The notes beneath the pieces are model-generated. The model was not told the DNA's origin. It worked only from the letters and a program-made list of their open reading frames with translations, and did not search any database. From Opitutia bacterium UBA6410 (GTDB taxonomy: Bacteria; Verrucomicrobiota; Verrucomicrobiia; Opitutales; Intestinicryptomonadaceae): 64,000 nucleotides of DNA. How positions within the stretch are numbered: the stretch's first letter is position 1; the number at the start of each line of letters is the position of its first letter. Positions 53,174 through 62,590 of this stretch are shown one piece after another. Where the stretch lies: assembly GCA_002437405.1 (NCBI GenBank), contig DJPO01000006.1, positions 6,207 to 70,206 on the forward strand, written 5' to 3'. The translations under genes and the position numbers were made by a program.

Positions 53174-54769
53174 ATGTTGAAGAACGTTAGAATATTCTTC
53201 GCTGCCCTGTTCTTTTGCTCGATTACGCTGGTGTTCCTCGACTTCACGGGGACTGTCCATGCGTGGCTCGGGTGGACGGCGAAACTCCAGTTCCTGCCCG
53301 CGCTGTTTGCCGCGAATTTTGCGGTTGTCGCGTTGCTTGCGCTCGCGACACTTCTTTTCGGGCGCATCTACTGCTCGGTGGTTTGCCCGCTCGGCGTATT
53401 GCAGGACATTGTCTCTAAAATTGCTGGGCGGCGCAAGCGCAACAGGTTTTCCTACAAACGCCCCAAGACGTATCTGCGAATCGCGTTTTTCGCGCTCTTC
53501 GCCGTCTGCTCGGCTTTGGGTTTGCTTTCGGCGGTGTCGCTGATTGCCCCGTACGGGGCTTACGGCAGGATTGCCTCGAACATATTTGCCCCGATTTGGG
53601 CGTTGGGCAACAACGCGCTTTCATTTATAGCGGAGCGTTTCGACAGCTACGCGTTTTATCCGACCGAAGTCTGGACTCGCGGAATCGGCGCGTTCCTCGT
53701 GGCCGCCGCGACTTTCGCCGTCGTCGGATTCTTGGCGTGGAGGGGCGGGCGCACTTATTGCAATACCGTTTGCCCCGTCGGGACTCTCTTGGGATTTTTG
53801 GCGAAATATTCGCTTTTCAAGCCCGTCGTCGACGTATCCAAGTGCAACTCGTGCGGGCTTTGCGCGAGGAACTGCAAGGGGCAGTGCATAAACTCCAAAG
53901 AGCATAAAATCGACTACTCGCGCTGCGTGTCGTGCTTCGACTGTATCGGCAACTGCCGCCGCGGGGCGATTTCCTACTCGTGCAGGAAGGGCGGGGCGGA
54001 TTCTGGAAAATCCTCCGCGGCAAAGCCCGCGATCAAGCCCGCCGCGAAGCCCGATTCGGTCGGGGCGGATTCCCCCGTTTCCGTCCGCGCTTCGAAAAAT
54101 TCCTCCGATTTTTCGAAAATCGAAAATCCCGCAGTTTCGGCAAAGGGCAGGCGCGGATTCTTCTCGTCGCTCTTGGTCTTCGCGGGGGTTGCCGCCGCAG
54201 AGGCTGAGGAGAAAATCAACGACGGCGGGCTCGCCCCGATAAAAAGCAGGCGCAAGCCCGAGCGCGCAACCCGAATAACTCCCCCCGGGGCGCGCAGCGC
54301 GGCGAATCTTGCGGAAAAGTGCGTGGCGTGTCAGCTTTGCGTCTCGGCGTGCCCGACCCGCGCGATTGTCCCGTCCGCAAAGCTCTCGGACTTCATGCAG
54401 CCCGAAATGTCCTACGAGCACGGCTACTGTCTGCCCGAGTGCACGAAGTGCTCGCAGGTATGCCCCGCGGGCGCGATTTTGCCGATAACGCCCGCCGAGA
54501 AATCCTCGATACAAATCGGGCGGGCAGTCTGGCGCAAGGCGCGCTGCGTGATCAATGCCGACGGATTGCAGTGCGACAACTGCTTCCGCCAATGCCCGAC
54601 GGGCGCGATTTCGATGGTCGTCCAAGACCCGAAGAATCCGAAATCCCTGAAAGTCCCCGTCGTCGACGAAGCCCGCTGTATCGGCTGCGGCGCTTGCGAA
54701 AATCTGTGCCCCGCGCGCCCCGTTGCGGCGATATGCGTCGAGGGCTATTCGGTTCACAACATCATTTAA
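53174..54769 (+). CDS. Membrane polyferredoxin (NapH/MauN-like N-terminal domain plus multiple 4Fe-4S motifs)
   Basis: TM segments carry CSVVCPLG and CNTVCPVG motifs. Cx2Cx2Cx3C(P) motifs follow: CNSCGLCARNC, CVSCFDCIGNC, CVACQLCVSACP, CTKCSQVCP, CDNCFRQCP, CIGCGACENLCP. The ATG is at 53174. Confidence 0.8.
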   Translation: MLKNVRIFFAALFFCSITLVFLDFTGTVHAWLGWTAKLQFLPALFAANFAVVALLALATLLFGRIYCSVVCPLGVLQDIVSKIAGRRKRNRFSYKRPKTYLRIAFFALFAVCSALGLLSAVSLIAPYGAYGRIASNIFAPIWALGNNALSFIAERFDSYAFYPTEVWTRGIGAFLVAAATFAVVGFLAWRGGRTYCNTVCPVGTLLGFLAKYSLFKPVVDVSKCNSCGLCARNCKGQCINSKEHKIDYSRCVSCFDCIGNCRRGAISYSCRKGGADSGKSSAAKPAIKPAAKPDSVGADSPVSVRASKNSSDFSKIENPAVSAKGRRGFFSSLLVFAGVAAAEAEEKINDGGLAPIKSRRKPERATRITPPGARSAANLAEKCVACQLCVSACPTRAIVPSAKLSDFMQPEMSYEHGYCLPECTKCSQVCPAGAILPITPAEKSSIQIGRAVWRKARCVINADGLQCDNCFRQCPTGAISMVVQDPKNPKSLKVPVVDEARCIGCGACENLCPARPVAAICVEGYSVHNII

Positions 54770-54782
54770 CGGAGGATTTTTT

Positions 54783-56564
54783 ATGGAAAACAACGGTTCG
54801 AATTCGTTTGGACGCAGGAATTTTTTGAAGGGGCTTTCCGTCGGCGCGGCGTCGATTCCGCTCTTCGGGTGCTCGCGCAAATCGGACGGCGAAAAGCTCG
54901 GGGCGATGACTATGCGCACGAATCCCAAGACGGGCGAAAAGGTTTCGATTCTCGGCTTCGGTTGCATGCGCTGGCCGTCGGTGGACGGCAAAAGCGCGCG
55001 CGAGGCGGGCGGGGAAATCGACCAGCAGGCGGTCAACGAGCTTGTCGACCATGCAATCGCAAACGGCGTCAACTATTTCGACACGTCCCCCGTGTACTGT
55101 CAGGGGCGTTCGGAGCACGTCACGGGAATCGCGCTCAGCCGCCACCCGCGCGAAAAATATTTCATCGCAACAAAGCTCTCCAACTTCGCCAAGAGCACTT
55201 GGACAAAGGAGGCGTCGATTGCAATGTACCGCAATTCGATGAAGGAGCTGAAGACCGACTACATCGACTATATGCTTTTGCACGGGGTCGGAATGGGCGA
55301 CGACGGAATGGAGGCTCTCAAAAAACGCTATCTCGAAAACGGCGTTTTGGACTTCCTCTTGGAGGAGCGCAGGGCGGGGCGAATCCGCAACTTGGGGTTC
55401 TCGTACCACGGCGACATAAAGGTTTTCGACTACCTGCTCTCGAAGCACGATGTCTATAAATGGGACTTCGTGCAAATCCAGCTGAACTATCTCGACTGGA
55501 CGCACGCCAAGCAAATCAGGGCGTTCAACACCAACGCAGAATATCTGTACGGCGAGCTCGAAAAGCGCAAGATTCCCGTCGTGATAATGGAGCCGCTGCT
55601 GGGCGGCAGGCTCTCGTCGATTCCCCACACAATCGTTCCCGAATTCAAGCAGCGCGAGCCCGACCGTTCGGTTGCGTCGTGGGCATTCCGCTTTGCGGGG
55701 AGTTTCCCGTACGTCTTGACAGTATTGAGCGGAATGGCGAAAATGGAGCACCTGCAGGACAATCTGAAAACCTACTCGCCGCTGAAAGTGCTCACCCGCG
55801 AGGAATTCGACTTCCTCGAGCGCACCGCCGACGAGATGATGAAGTTCAACACGATACCCTGCAACGACTGCAAGTATTGTATGCCGTGCCCGTACTCGCT
55901 CGACATTCCCGCGATTCTGCTCCACTACAACAAGTGCATCAACGAGCGCACCGCGCCCGAAAGCAATGTCGACGAAAACTACCTCAAAGCCCGCCGCGCG
56001 TTTCTCGTCGGCTACGACCGCTCCGTTCCGAAGCTGCGTCAGGCGAGCCAGTGCACGGGCTGCGACCAGTGCCGCCCGCACTGCCCGCAGGGAATCGACA
56101 TTCCATCGCAAATGCGCCGCATAGACGAATACGTCAAGAATCTGCGCAGGCAGGCGGCGTTGATGGGCGACGTGAAAAAGGCGTTCGCGGACGGCAAGCA
56201 CACGCTGGCAATCGGCAACGGCGCGGTCGAGGTTTTCGACGGGCGCGGACTGGAGGTTTTGATGGGCGTCTACCGCAAGCGGCCGTCGCTGCTCAAGGGC
56301 GCGCTCGTCGCGGACAAAGTCGTCGGGAAGGCGGCTGCGGCGGTGTTCGTTATGGGCGGAATATCCGAGCTGTACGCGCCGACGATTTCGCGCCCCGCGC
56401 TTGCAATGCTCTCGCGCGCCAGAATAACGGTTTCTTACGACAAGAGCGTGGACTTCGTGAAAAACGCAAAGGGCGACGGAATGTGCCCGATGGAGTCCGC
56501 CTGCAAAGACGCGAAAACGCCCGAGGAGTGTGTCGCGATTCTCTCGAAAATCGTGAAAAAATAA
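54783..56564 (+). CDS. Tat-signal aldo/keto reductase fused to a 4Fe-4S domain and a DUF1893-like C-terminal domain
   Basis: A GGAGGA SD precedes the start. The twin-arginine motif GRRNFLKG is followed by LFGCS. The AKR core is GFGCMRW...NYFDTSPVYCQGRSE. Cys clusters are CNDCKYCMPCP and CTGCDQCRPHCP. The C-terminus ...VADKVVGKAAAAVFVMGG...CPME resembles the TM1506/DUF1893 family. Confidence 0.7.
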   Translation: MENNGSNSFGRRNFLKGLSVGAASIPLFGCSRKSDGEKLGAMTMRTNPKTGEKVSILGFGCMRWPSVDGKSAREAGGEIDQQAVNELVDHAIANGVNYFDTSPVYCQGRSEHVTGIALSRHPREKYFIATKLSNFAKSTWTKEASIAMYRNSMKELKTDYIDYMLLHGVGMGDDGMEALKKRYLENGVLDFLLEERRAGRIRNLGFSYHGDIKVFDYLLSKHDVYKWDFVQIQLNYLDWTHAKQIRAFNTNAEYLYGELEKRKIPVVIMEPLLGGRLSSIPHTIVPEFKQREPDRSVASWAFRFAGSFPYVLTVLSGMAKMEHLQDNLKTYSPLKVLTREEFDFLERTADEMMKFNTIPCNDCKYCMPCPYSLDIPAILLHYNKCINERTAPESNVDENYLKARRAFLVGYDRSVPKLRQASQCTGCDQCRPHCPQGIDIPSQMRRIDEYVKNLRRQAALMGDVKKAFADGKHTLAIGNGAVEVFDGRGLEVLMGVYRKRPSLLKGALVADKVVGKAAAAVFVMGGISELYAPTISRPALAMLSRARITVSYDKSVDFVKNAKGDGMCPMESACKDAKTPEECVAILSKIVKK

Positions 56565-57170
56565 ATGGCGGGCGGCGGACACAGGCGCGTTGGGATATTC
56601 GGCGGGAGTTTCGACCCGCCGCATAAAACCCACATCGCGCTTGCCGAGCGGGCGCGGGAATTTCTCGGCTTGGACTTGCTGGTGTTCGTGCCCGCAAACT
56701 CGTCCCCGCCGAAATTCGGGCGGCATTTCGCGCCGTTCGAAGACCGAATAAAGATGCTCGAAATCGCGCTTGGCGGATTCGGCGGAAACTTTGAAATCAG
56801 CCGCGCGGAGGCGCGCTCGGACGGGGCTACGACATACGCCGCCGATACCGCCGAAGCCGTCCGCCGCCGATTCCCCGCCGCCGAATTGTTCTGGATACTC
56901 GGGGCGGATATGCTGGCAGCTTTGCCGCATTGGTACGGAATCGAGAGGCTGGCGCAAACCGCCGTATTTGCATACGCGGCGCGCTCGGGAGTCGGACGGA
57001 TTTCGGCGGAACATTTTGCGGATTCAATCAGACTAAAACACATTCCGTTCGGCGAAACCGCGGCGTCGTCGAGCGCAATCCGCGCGGCGTTGAAATCAGG
57101 CGAGACAAAAATCCCCGACCTTGACTGCCGCGTGCTCGCCTATATTTTGGAAAACCGATTATACACATAA
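56565..57170 (+). CDS. nadD: Nicotinate-nucleotide adenylyltransferase
   Basis: GIFGGSFDPPHKTH nucleotidyltransferase motif. 201 aa. Confidence 0.88.
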   Translation: MAGGGHRRVGIFGGSFDPPHKTHIALAERAREFLGLDLLVFVPANSSPPKFGRHFAPFEDRIKMLEIALGGFGGNFEISRAEARSDGATTYAADTAEAVRRRFPAAELFWILGADMLAALPHWYGIERLAQTAVFAYAARSGVGRISAEHFADSIRLKHIPFGETAASSSAIRAALKSGETKIPDLDCRVLAYILENRLYT

Positions 57171-57182
57171 TTTTTTTCACCT

Positions 57183-58460
57183 ATGAAGACAATTTATTAC
57201 GACTGCTTTGCGGGAATCAGCGGCGATATGAACCTCGGCGCGATGGTCGATTTGGGCGCGGACAAAGACGCGCTCGTGAGCGAGCTTGAAAAGCTCGGAA
57301 TCGGCGGCTGGAAAATCGAGTTTTCGAAAGACGGGCGCGGCGGGATTTTCGGGACAAAGGCGCAAGTCGTTTTGGACGGGCACGGACATTCGCACGACGC
57401 GCCCCACCCGCACGAACACGAGCACGCGGAATGCGGACATCATCACGAACACACCCACGCGGATTGTCCCACCCACGAACACGCACATACGCACGAGCAC
57501 CGCAGCTTCCGCGACATAAAGGCGATTATCGAAAATTCGGGAATTTCCGACCGCGCCAAAAAACTTTCCCTTAAAATTTTTGGAAAAGTCGCCGAGGCGG
57601 AGGCGAAAATCCACGGCAGGGAAATCGACGACGTGTGCTTCCACGAGGTCGGGGCGGTCGATTCGATTATCGACATAGTCGGCGCTGCAATTTGCGCGGA
57701 TTTGCTCGGCGCAGAAAAATTCGCGTGCTCGGAAATCGAGCTCGGCGGCGGAACTGTCAAGTGCGCCCACGGAATTATTCCAGTGCCCGCGCCCGCAACC
57801 GCCGAGATTCTCAAAAATTTCCGCGTCAAGCTAAACGGCGCGCCGCACGAGTGTACGACCCCGACGGGGGCTGCGATAATCGCCGCGCTCTGCGAGCCTA
57901 CGGAAACAAAAATTTCGGGGCGAATCGTCGCAAACGGCGTCGGCGTTGGGCAGCGCAATCCCGCAAATATCGCGAACGTGCTGCGCGTTTCGCTTATCGA
58001 AAGCGCACCAGAAACGGATGGTGTGCGCGAAGAAAAAATGTTTGTCGCCGAGGCTAATATAGACGATATGACGGCGGAGTCGCTGGCGTTCCTTTGCTCG
58101 CGGCTATTCGATGAGGGCGCGGCGGACGTTTGGCAGGAGGCGATTGCGATGAAAAAATCGCGTTTGGGCACGAAGGTCTGCGCGCTCGTTTCGGAAGAGC
58201 GCAAGGGGAAAATTTTGGCGTGTCTTCTCGGGGAATCTTCGACGCTCGGGGTGAGGGTTTCGGAAGTCTCGCGTTTTTCGATTTCGCGGGAAACCAAAAG
58301 TATAAAAACCCGACTCGGCGAAGTCCGCGTGAAAATTTCGGAATTCGGCGGGCGCGCAAAGATTAAACCCGAATTCGACGACTGCGCGTCAATCGCAAAT
58401 AAAAAGCGTTTGCCGCTCGACGAAATACGGAGGATTGTCGAAAATGAATCCGAAATTTGA
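57183..58460 (+). CDS. larC: Nickel-pincer cofactor nickel insertase LarC (DUF111)
   Basis: The N-terminus is YYDCFAGISGDMNLGAMVDLG. A His-rich tract is HGHSHDAPHPHEHEHAECGHHHEHTHADCPTHEHAHTHEH. 425 aa. Confidence 0.88.
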   Translation: MKTIYYDCFAGISGDMNLGAMVDLGADKDALVSELEKLGIGGWKIEFSKDGRGGIFGTKAQVVLDGHGHSHDAPHPHEHEHAECGHHHEHTHADCPTHEHAHTHEHRSFRDIKAIIENSGISDRAKKLSLKIFGKVAEAEAKIHGREIDDVCFHEVGAVDSIIDIVGAAICADLLGAEKFACSEIELGGGTVKCAHGIIPVPAPATAEILKNFRVKLNGAPHECTTPTGAAIIAALCEPTETKISGRIVANGVGVGQRNPANIANVLRVSLIESAPETDGVREEKMFVAEANIDDMTAESLAFLCSRLFDEGAADVWQEAIAMKKSRLGTKVCALVSEERKGKILACLLGESSTLGVRVSEVSRFSISRETKSIKTRLGEVRVKISEFGGRAKIKPEFDDCASIANKKRLPLDEIRRIVENESEI

Positions 58461-59235
58461 GAGGCTCGGGCGTTTCCTTGACGGCTTCGCCAAGCCCGCA
58501 ATCGCGCTGTCGGGCGGCTTGGACAGCTCGACGCTGCTTGCGGTCTGCGCCGAAAAATTCGGCTCGGGCGGGTGCGCCGCGTTTATCGCCGAAACCCCGT
58601 ATTCGATGCGCGGCGAAATCGGCGACGCCCGCGATTTGTGCGCCGCGCTCGGCGTCGAACTCGTCGAAATCAAAATGGATTCAATCCCGCGCGAAATCGA
58701 ATACAATCCGCCCGAACGGTGCTACCTTTGCAAGCGTTCGATTTTCTCGCAACTAAAGCGGCTCGCCTTTTCGAAGGGGTTTGACGCCGTGTTCGACGGG
58801 ACGAACGCCGACGACCTCTCCGACTACCGCCCAGGAATGAAGGCTCTGCGGGAGCTTGGGATAATAAGCCCGTTTCTCGAATGCGCCGTCGGCAAAAACG
58901 ACATACGCACGGCGGCGGCGGAGCGCGGACTGAAAGTCGCCAAGAAACCCGCCTACGCGTGCCTGCTAACGCGCCTCGAGCACGGTGCGAAAATCGACGT
59001 CCCGCTCCTCGGAAAAATCGACGAATTCGAGTCGTTTTTGCGCGCGGAGTTTGCCGAAAACGTGCGCGCTCGGGTGGAGTCGGGCAACGTGCGCATAGAG
59101 TGCAGCCCGTCGGATTTCGGGAAAATCGCGGCGGGGGCGGCGCGGATTTCCGACGCCGCGAAGAGGCTTGGTTTCAAACGCTGCACGCTCGATTTGGGCG
59201 GCTACAAAATGGGCTCGATGAACGTTGTAATATGA
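58444..59235 (+). CDS. larE: ATP-dependent sacrificial sulfur transferase LarE
   Basis: PP-loop ALSGGLDSS and catalytic-Cys context RCYLCK. ATG 58444 overlaps the larC end. Confidence 0.85.
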   Translation: MNPKFERLGRFLDGFAKPAIALSGGLDSSTLLAVCAEKFGSGGCAAFIAETPYSMRGEIGDARDLCAALGVELVEIKMDSIPREIEYNPPERCYLCKRSIFSQLKRLAFSKGFDAVFDGTNADDLSDYRPGMKALRELGIISPFLECAVGKNDIRTAAAERGLKVAKKPAYACLLTRLEHGAKIDVPLLGKIDEFESFLRAEFAENVRARVESGNVRIECSPSDFGKIAAGAARISDAAKRLGFKRCTLDLGGYKMGSMNVVI

Positions 59236-59975
59236 GGGATTTTTCGAAAATACTGACGGATTTCAGGGACGGGAAAATCGACTTGGAATCGGCGAACAGG
59301 CAAATCGGCGGATTTTTCTTCTCCGACTTGGGGCACACCAAAGCCGACACCGACAGGAAGGAACGCACGGGCGTCGGGGAGGTCGTGTTCGCGCAGTCGA
59401 AAACCGCGCGGCAGTGCGCCGACATCTGCGCCGAGATTTTGAAAAAACAGGGAAACGTCCTGCTGACGCGGCTCGACCCCCAAAAGGCGCGGGAGCTGCA
59501 ACAGCTCTTCGCAGGGTGCGTCTACGACGAAATCGGGCGGATTATGAAAATCGGCGCGGACAATCCCGAGGTCGGGAGTTCGCACATAGCGATAGTTTCG
59601 GCTGGGACTTCCGATATGCCCGTCGCGCGCGAGGCGGAGTTTGCGGCAAACTTTTTCGGGAGTCGGACGAAGACGTATTTCGACTGCGGCGTGGCGGGGC
59701 TTCACAGGCTGACAGCCCGTATCGACGAAATCCGCGAAGCCTCGGTTGTGATTGCAATCGCGGGAATGGAGGGCGCGCTCGCGAGCGTTCTTGCGGGGCT
59801 TGTTCCCGTCCCCGTGATAGCCGTGCCAACGAGCGTCGGGTACGGCGCGAGCTTCGGGGGACTGGCGGCGCTGCTTTCGATGATAAATTCGTGCGCCAAC
59901 GGAGTTAGTATTGTGAACATCGACAACGGCTTCGGCGCGGCGTACAACGCGCATTTGATTAACCGCAAAAAATAA
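59232..59975 (+). CDS. larB: NaAD carboxylase/hydrolase LarB (PurE-like)
   Basis: Segments IAIVSAGTSDMPVAREA and VVIAIAGMEGALASVLAGL. ATGA overlap with larE. Confidence 0.85.
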   Translation: MRDFSKILTDFRDGKIDLESANRQIGGFFFSDLGHTKADTDRKERTGVGEVVFAQSKTARQCADICAEILKKQGNVLLTRLDPQKARELQQLFAGCVYDEIGRIMKIGADNPEVGSSHIAIVSAGTSDMPVAREAEFAANFFGSRTKTYFDCGVAGLHRLTARIDEIREASVVIAIAGMEGALASVLAGLVPVPVIAVPTSVGYGASFGGLAALLSMINSCANGVSIVNIDNGFGAAYNAHLINRKK

Positions 59976-60001
59976 AAAACAAAAAACAAAAAACAAAAAA
60001 T

Positions 60002-61015
60002 ATGGAATATATATTAGCAATGCATATGTCCGACGCGCTCGTTTCGGCGAAAACGGGCGTTGCGATGCTATTGGTTTCGCTCGGCTTGCTGCTTTTCGCG
60101 ACAAAAGCCGCCTCTGCGCGCTTCGATTCGCTCGACATTCCTCTTATGGGGATAATGGGGGCGTTCGTTTTTGCGGCGCAGATGGTCAATTTTTCGATTC
60201 CGATGACCGGTTCGAGCGGGCACATATCGGGCGGCATACTGCTCGCGGCGGTTTTGGGCGCATACCCCGCGTTCGTTGCGCTTGCGGGGGTGCTTGTAAT
60301 TCAGGCGTTGTTTTTCGCGGACGGCGGAATTCTGGCGCTTGGGTGCAACATATTCAATATGGCGTTTTTTACCTGCTTTGTGGGGTATCCGCTGATTTTC
60401 CTCCCGATAATAAAAAGATTCAAATCGACGGGCGGGATTTTTGCGGCGTCGATAGCGGCGTGCGTGGTTTCGCTGCAACTGGGGGCGTTTTGCGTCGTGT
60501 TGGAGACTTTATGTTCGGGCGTGACGGAGCTTGATTTCAAAACCTTTTTGGCATTTATGCAGCCGATACATCTTGCGATAGGAATCGTCGAGGGTGTCGT
60601 AACCGCATTTGTTCTCGTTTTGCTGCGCGACGCAAAGCCCGCGATTTTCGAAAACATCGAACGCGGCGGATTTATTCCGACGAGGAAAACCGCCGCGCTT
60701 TTGGTTCTCTTTGCGGCACTCGTCGTGGGGTGTGGTTTGGCGCAGCTGGCGTCGGAAAAGCCCGACGGGCTCGAGTGGTCGATTGCCAAAACCGCGGACA
60801 CCGAACAACTCTCCGTGCCCGCGACGCCCGCGCACGCGCTCGGCTCGGCGGTTGCCGAAAAGACCGCGATTTTCCCCGACTACGAACTCGGCGGCGGCGA
60901 CGCGTTTTCGGACACTGCGGGTTCGTCGGTTTTCGGAGGGGCTATGGTTGCCGCCGCGCTGTTTGTTTTTGCGGCGGTTGTGAAATTCGCAAGGCGGCGC
61001 GCAAATGCAAAATAG
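60002..61015 (+). CDS. cbiM: ECF transporter metal-capture component, fused CbiM/NikM plus PDGLE (N) domain; Lar(MN)-like
   Basis: Multi-TM protein with a PDGLEWS motif in the C-terminal extension. The true start may be ATG 60020, giving the Met-His N-terminus (MHMSDA) typical of CbiM/NikM. Confidence 0.75.
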   Translation: MEYILAMHMSDALVSAKTGVAMLLVSLGLLLFATKAASARFDSLDIPLMGIMGAFVFAAQMVNFSIPMTGSSGHISGGILLAAVLGAYPAFVALAGVLVIQALFFADGGILALGCNIFNMAFFTCFVGYPLIFLPIIKRFKSTGGIFAASIAACVVSLQLGAFCVVLETLCSGVTELDFKTFLAFMQPIHLAIGIVEGVVTAFVLVLLRDAKPAIFENIERGGFIPTRKTAALLVLFAALVVGCGLAQLASEKPDGLEWSIAKTADTEQLSVPATPAHALGSAVAEKTAIFPDYELGGGDAFSDTAGSSVFGGAMVAAALFVFAAVVKFARRRANAK

Positions 61016-61814
61016 CGCGGAAAGGCGAAGCGTTTGCGGGTCGGGCGGCCGCGCCGATTTTTTCGGGCGGGCGGCGGATTTTCTGCGCGCGCTCAATCCG
61101 TGCGTAAAGCTCGTGTGCGTGCTCGTCTTTTTGATATGCGTTGTCTCGTCCGAGAAATACGGGTTCTCGGGGTTGCTCGCGTATCTCGCGTTGCCGATTT
61201 TTGGCGGGGCGGTTTTGGGGGTATCGTTTTATCGCGAATTTTTGAAGTCGCTGCCCGCGCTGATTCTCGCGGCGGGAGCGGGTGCTGCGGGCTTGTTTTT
61301 GGACACCGATACGGCTTTCCGCGTATTCGGGGTTGCGGTGTCGTTTGGAGGCGTGGCGTTTTGCGTGCTGATGCTGAAGGCGTATTTATGCGTCTGGGCG
61401 GCGGTTTTGTTTGCCGCGTGCACCGATAAGAACGACATTTGCGCGGCTCTTGGAAAGTTCAAAGTGCCGTGTCTGCTCGTCTTCCAGATTATGCTTACGG
61501 CGCGCTACTTGGAGGTAGTCTGCGCGGAGGCTGGGCGGATTGTCCGCGCCTACGCCTTGCGCTCGCCGAGCCGTCCGAGGGTTGCGTTTTCGCATTTCCC
61601 GCACATTTTGGTGTCGCTTTTGCTTCGCAGTATCGAACGCTCCGACAGGATTTTCTACGCGATGAAGGGCAGGGGATTCGACGCCCGCGCGTACAGATTC
61701 CGCGCGATGCCGCTAAATTTTTCGGACGCACTTTTCGGCGCGGTTTTTTGCGCGGCGTGCGTTTTAATCAGGGTTTTCAATGTGGCGCGCGCGCTCGAGT
61801 TTTTCGTGTTATGA
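61005..61814 (+). CDS. cbiQ: ECF transporter T component (CbiQ/LarQ-like)
   Basis: 269-aa multi-TM protein between the M and O components, with an ARY...E/R-rich coupling region. Confidence 0.7.
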   Translation: MQNSAERRSVCGSGGRADFFGRAADFLRALNPCVKLVCVLVFLICVVSSEKYGFSGLLAYLALPIFGGAVLGVSFYREFLKSLPALILAAGAGAAGLFLDTDTAFRVFGVAVSFGGVAFCVLMLKAYLCVWAAVLFAACTDKNDICAALGKFKVPCLLVFQIMLTARYLEVVCAEAGRIVRAYALRSPSRPRVAFSHFPHILVSLLLRSIERSDRIFYAMKGRGFDARAYRFRAMPLNFSDALFGAVFCAACVLIRVFNVARALEFFVL

Positions 61815-62512
61815 TAGATATAAAAAACATTTCCGCAGTCAGGCAAAACGGGGCGTTTGCGCTCGATTCGCTTTCGCTCGAAATAAAGCCGCGCGCAAAA
61901 GTCGCCGTTTTGGGCGCGAACGGCGCGGGCAAGACCACTTTGTTGTGGGCGGTTATGGGGCTGATTCCGCTCGCGGGCGGAAAAATATTTTTGGACGGAA
62001 TCGAAGTCGAAAAGCGCAATCTTGCGAAAATCAGGCGGCTGGCGGGGTTGGTGTTCCAAAACTCGGACGACCAGCTTTTCCTCCCGACCGTCTTGGAGGA
62101 CGTGATGTTCGGAATCCGCAATTTTCTCGGCGGCGGAGAGGATTTTGTGCGGGCGCGTGCGGAAAAAGTTTTGGCGGAATTTTCGATATTGCATCTAAAG
62201 GACAGGCGTCCGCAGGAGCTTTCCGACGGCGAAAAGCGCAAAGTTTCCCTTTGTGCCGTGCTTGCGTGCGAGCCCGAAATCCTCCTGCTCGACGAGCCCT
62301 CAGCGCCGCTCGACCCGCGCGGCAGGCGCGAGTTCGCGGGATTGCTGAAAAATCTCGACAAGACCGTTCTTCTCACAACGCACGATTTGTCCTTTGCCGA
62401 AAAGGTTTGCGAAAAGTGTGCCGTGTTGCGCGACGGCAGTCTCGCGGCGTTCGGCGATACCGAAAAAATTTTGTCGGACGAAAAGCTGTTGCTCGACTGT
62501 TCGCTCGCATAG
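61811..62512 (+). CDS. cbiO: ECF transporter ATPase (CbiO/LarO-like)
   Basis: Motifs GANGAGKTT, LSDGEKRKVSL and LLLDEP. ATG 61811 overlaps the cbiQ stop. Confidence 0.88.
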   Translation: MIDIKNISAVRQNGAFALDSLSLEIKPRAKVAVLGANGAGKTTLLWAVMGLIPLAGGKIFLDGIEVEKRNLAKIRRLAGLVFQNSDDQLFLPTVLEDVMFGIRNFLGGGEDFVRARAEKVLAEFSILHLKDRRPQELSDGEKRKVSLCAVLACEPEILLLDEPSAPLDPRGRREFAGLLKNLDKTVLLTTHDLSFAEKVCEKCAVLRDGSLAAFGDTEKILSDEKLLLDCSLA

Positions 62513-62533
62513 TCTCCCCGCAAAATGCCGCGC

Positions 62534-62567
62534 AAAAAAAAACGCCCGACCGTTGGCGGCTGGGCGT
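62534..62567 (-). terminator. Rho-independent terminator of the aldolase-like gene
   Basis: On the minus strand the sequence is ACGCCCAGCCG-ccaa-CGGTCGGGCGT followed by TTTTTTTTT. Confidence 0.65.
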
Positions 62568-62590
62568 CTTGAAAATTTGCTGTGCGGGAA

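Noticed and set aside
54762-57014. 750-aa minus-strand ORF spanning the AKR fusion and nadD
   Set aside because: It is an Arg/Ala/Val-rich antisense shadow in GC-rich DNA. The plus strand encodes proteins with clear conserved motifs (AKR, Fe-S, GGSFDPPH).
57340-57500. Repetitive CAC/GAA-rich DNA that looks like a microsatellite
   Set aside because: It encodes the His-rich metal-binding tract typical of LarC, not a non-coding repeat.
59972-60000. (AAAAAAC)n tandem heptamer between larB and cbiM
   Set aside because: It is a short A-rich simple repeat in an intergenic spacer. It has no spacer/repeat structure, so it is not a CRISPR array or a recognisable riboswitch.
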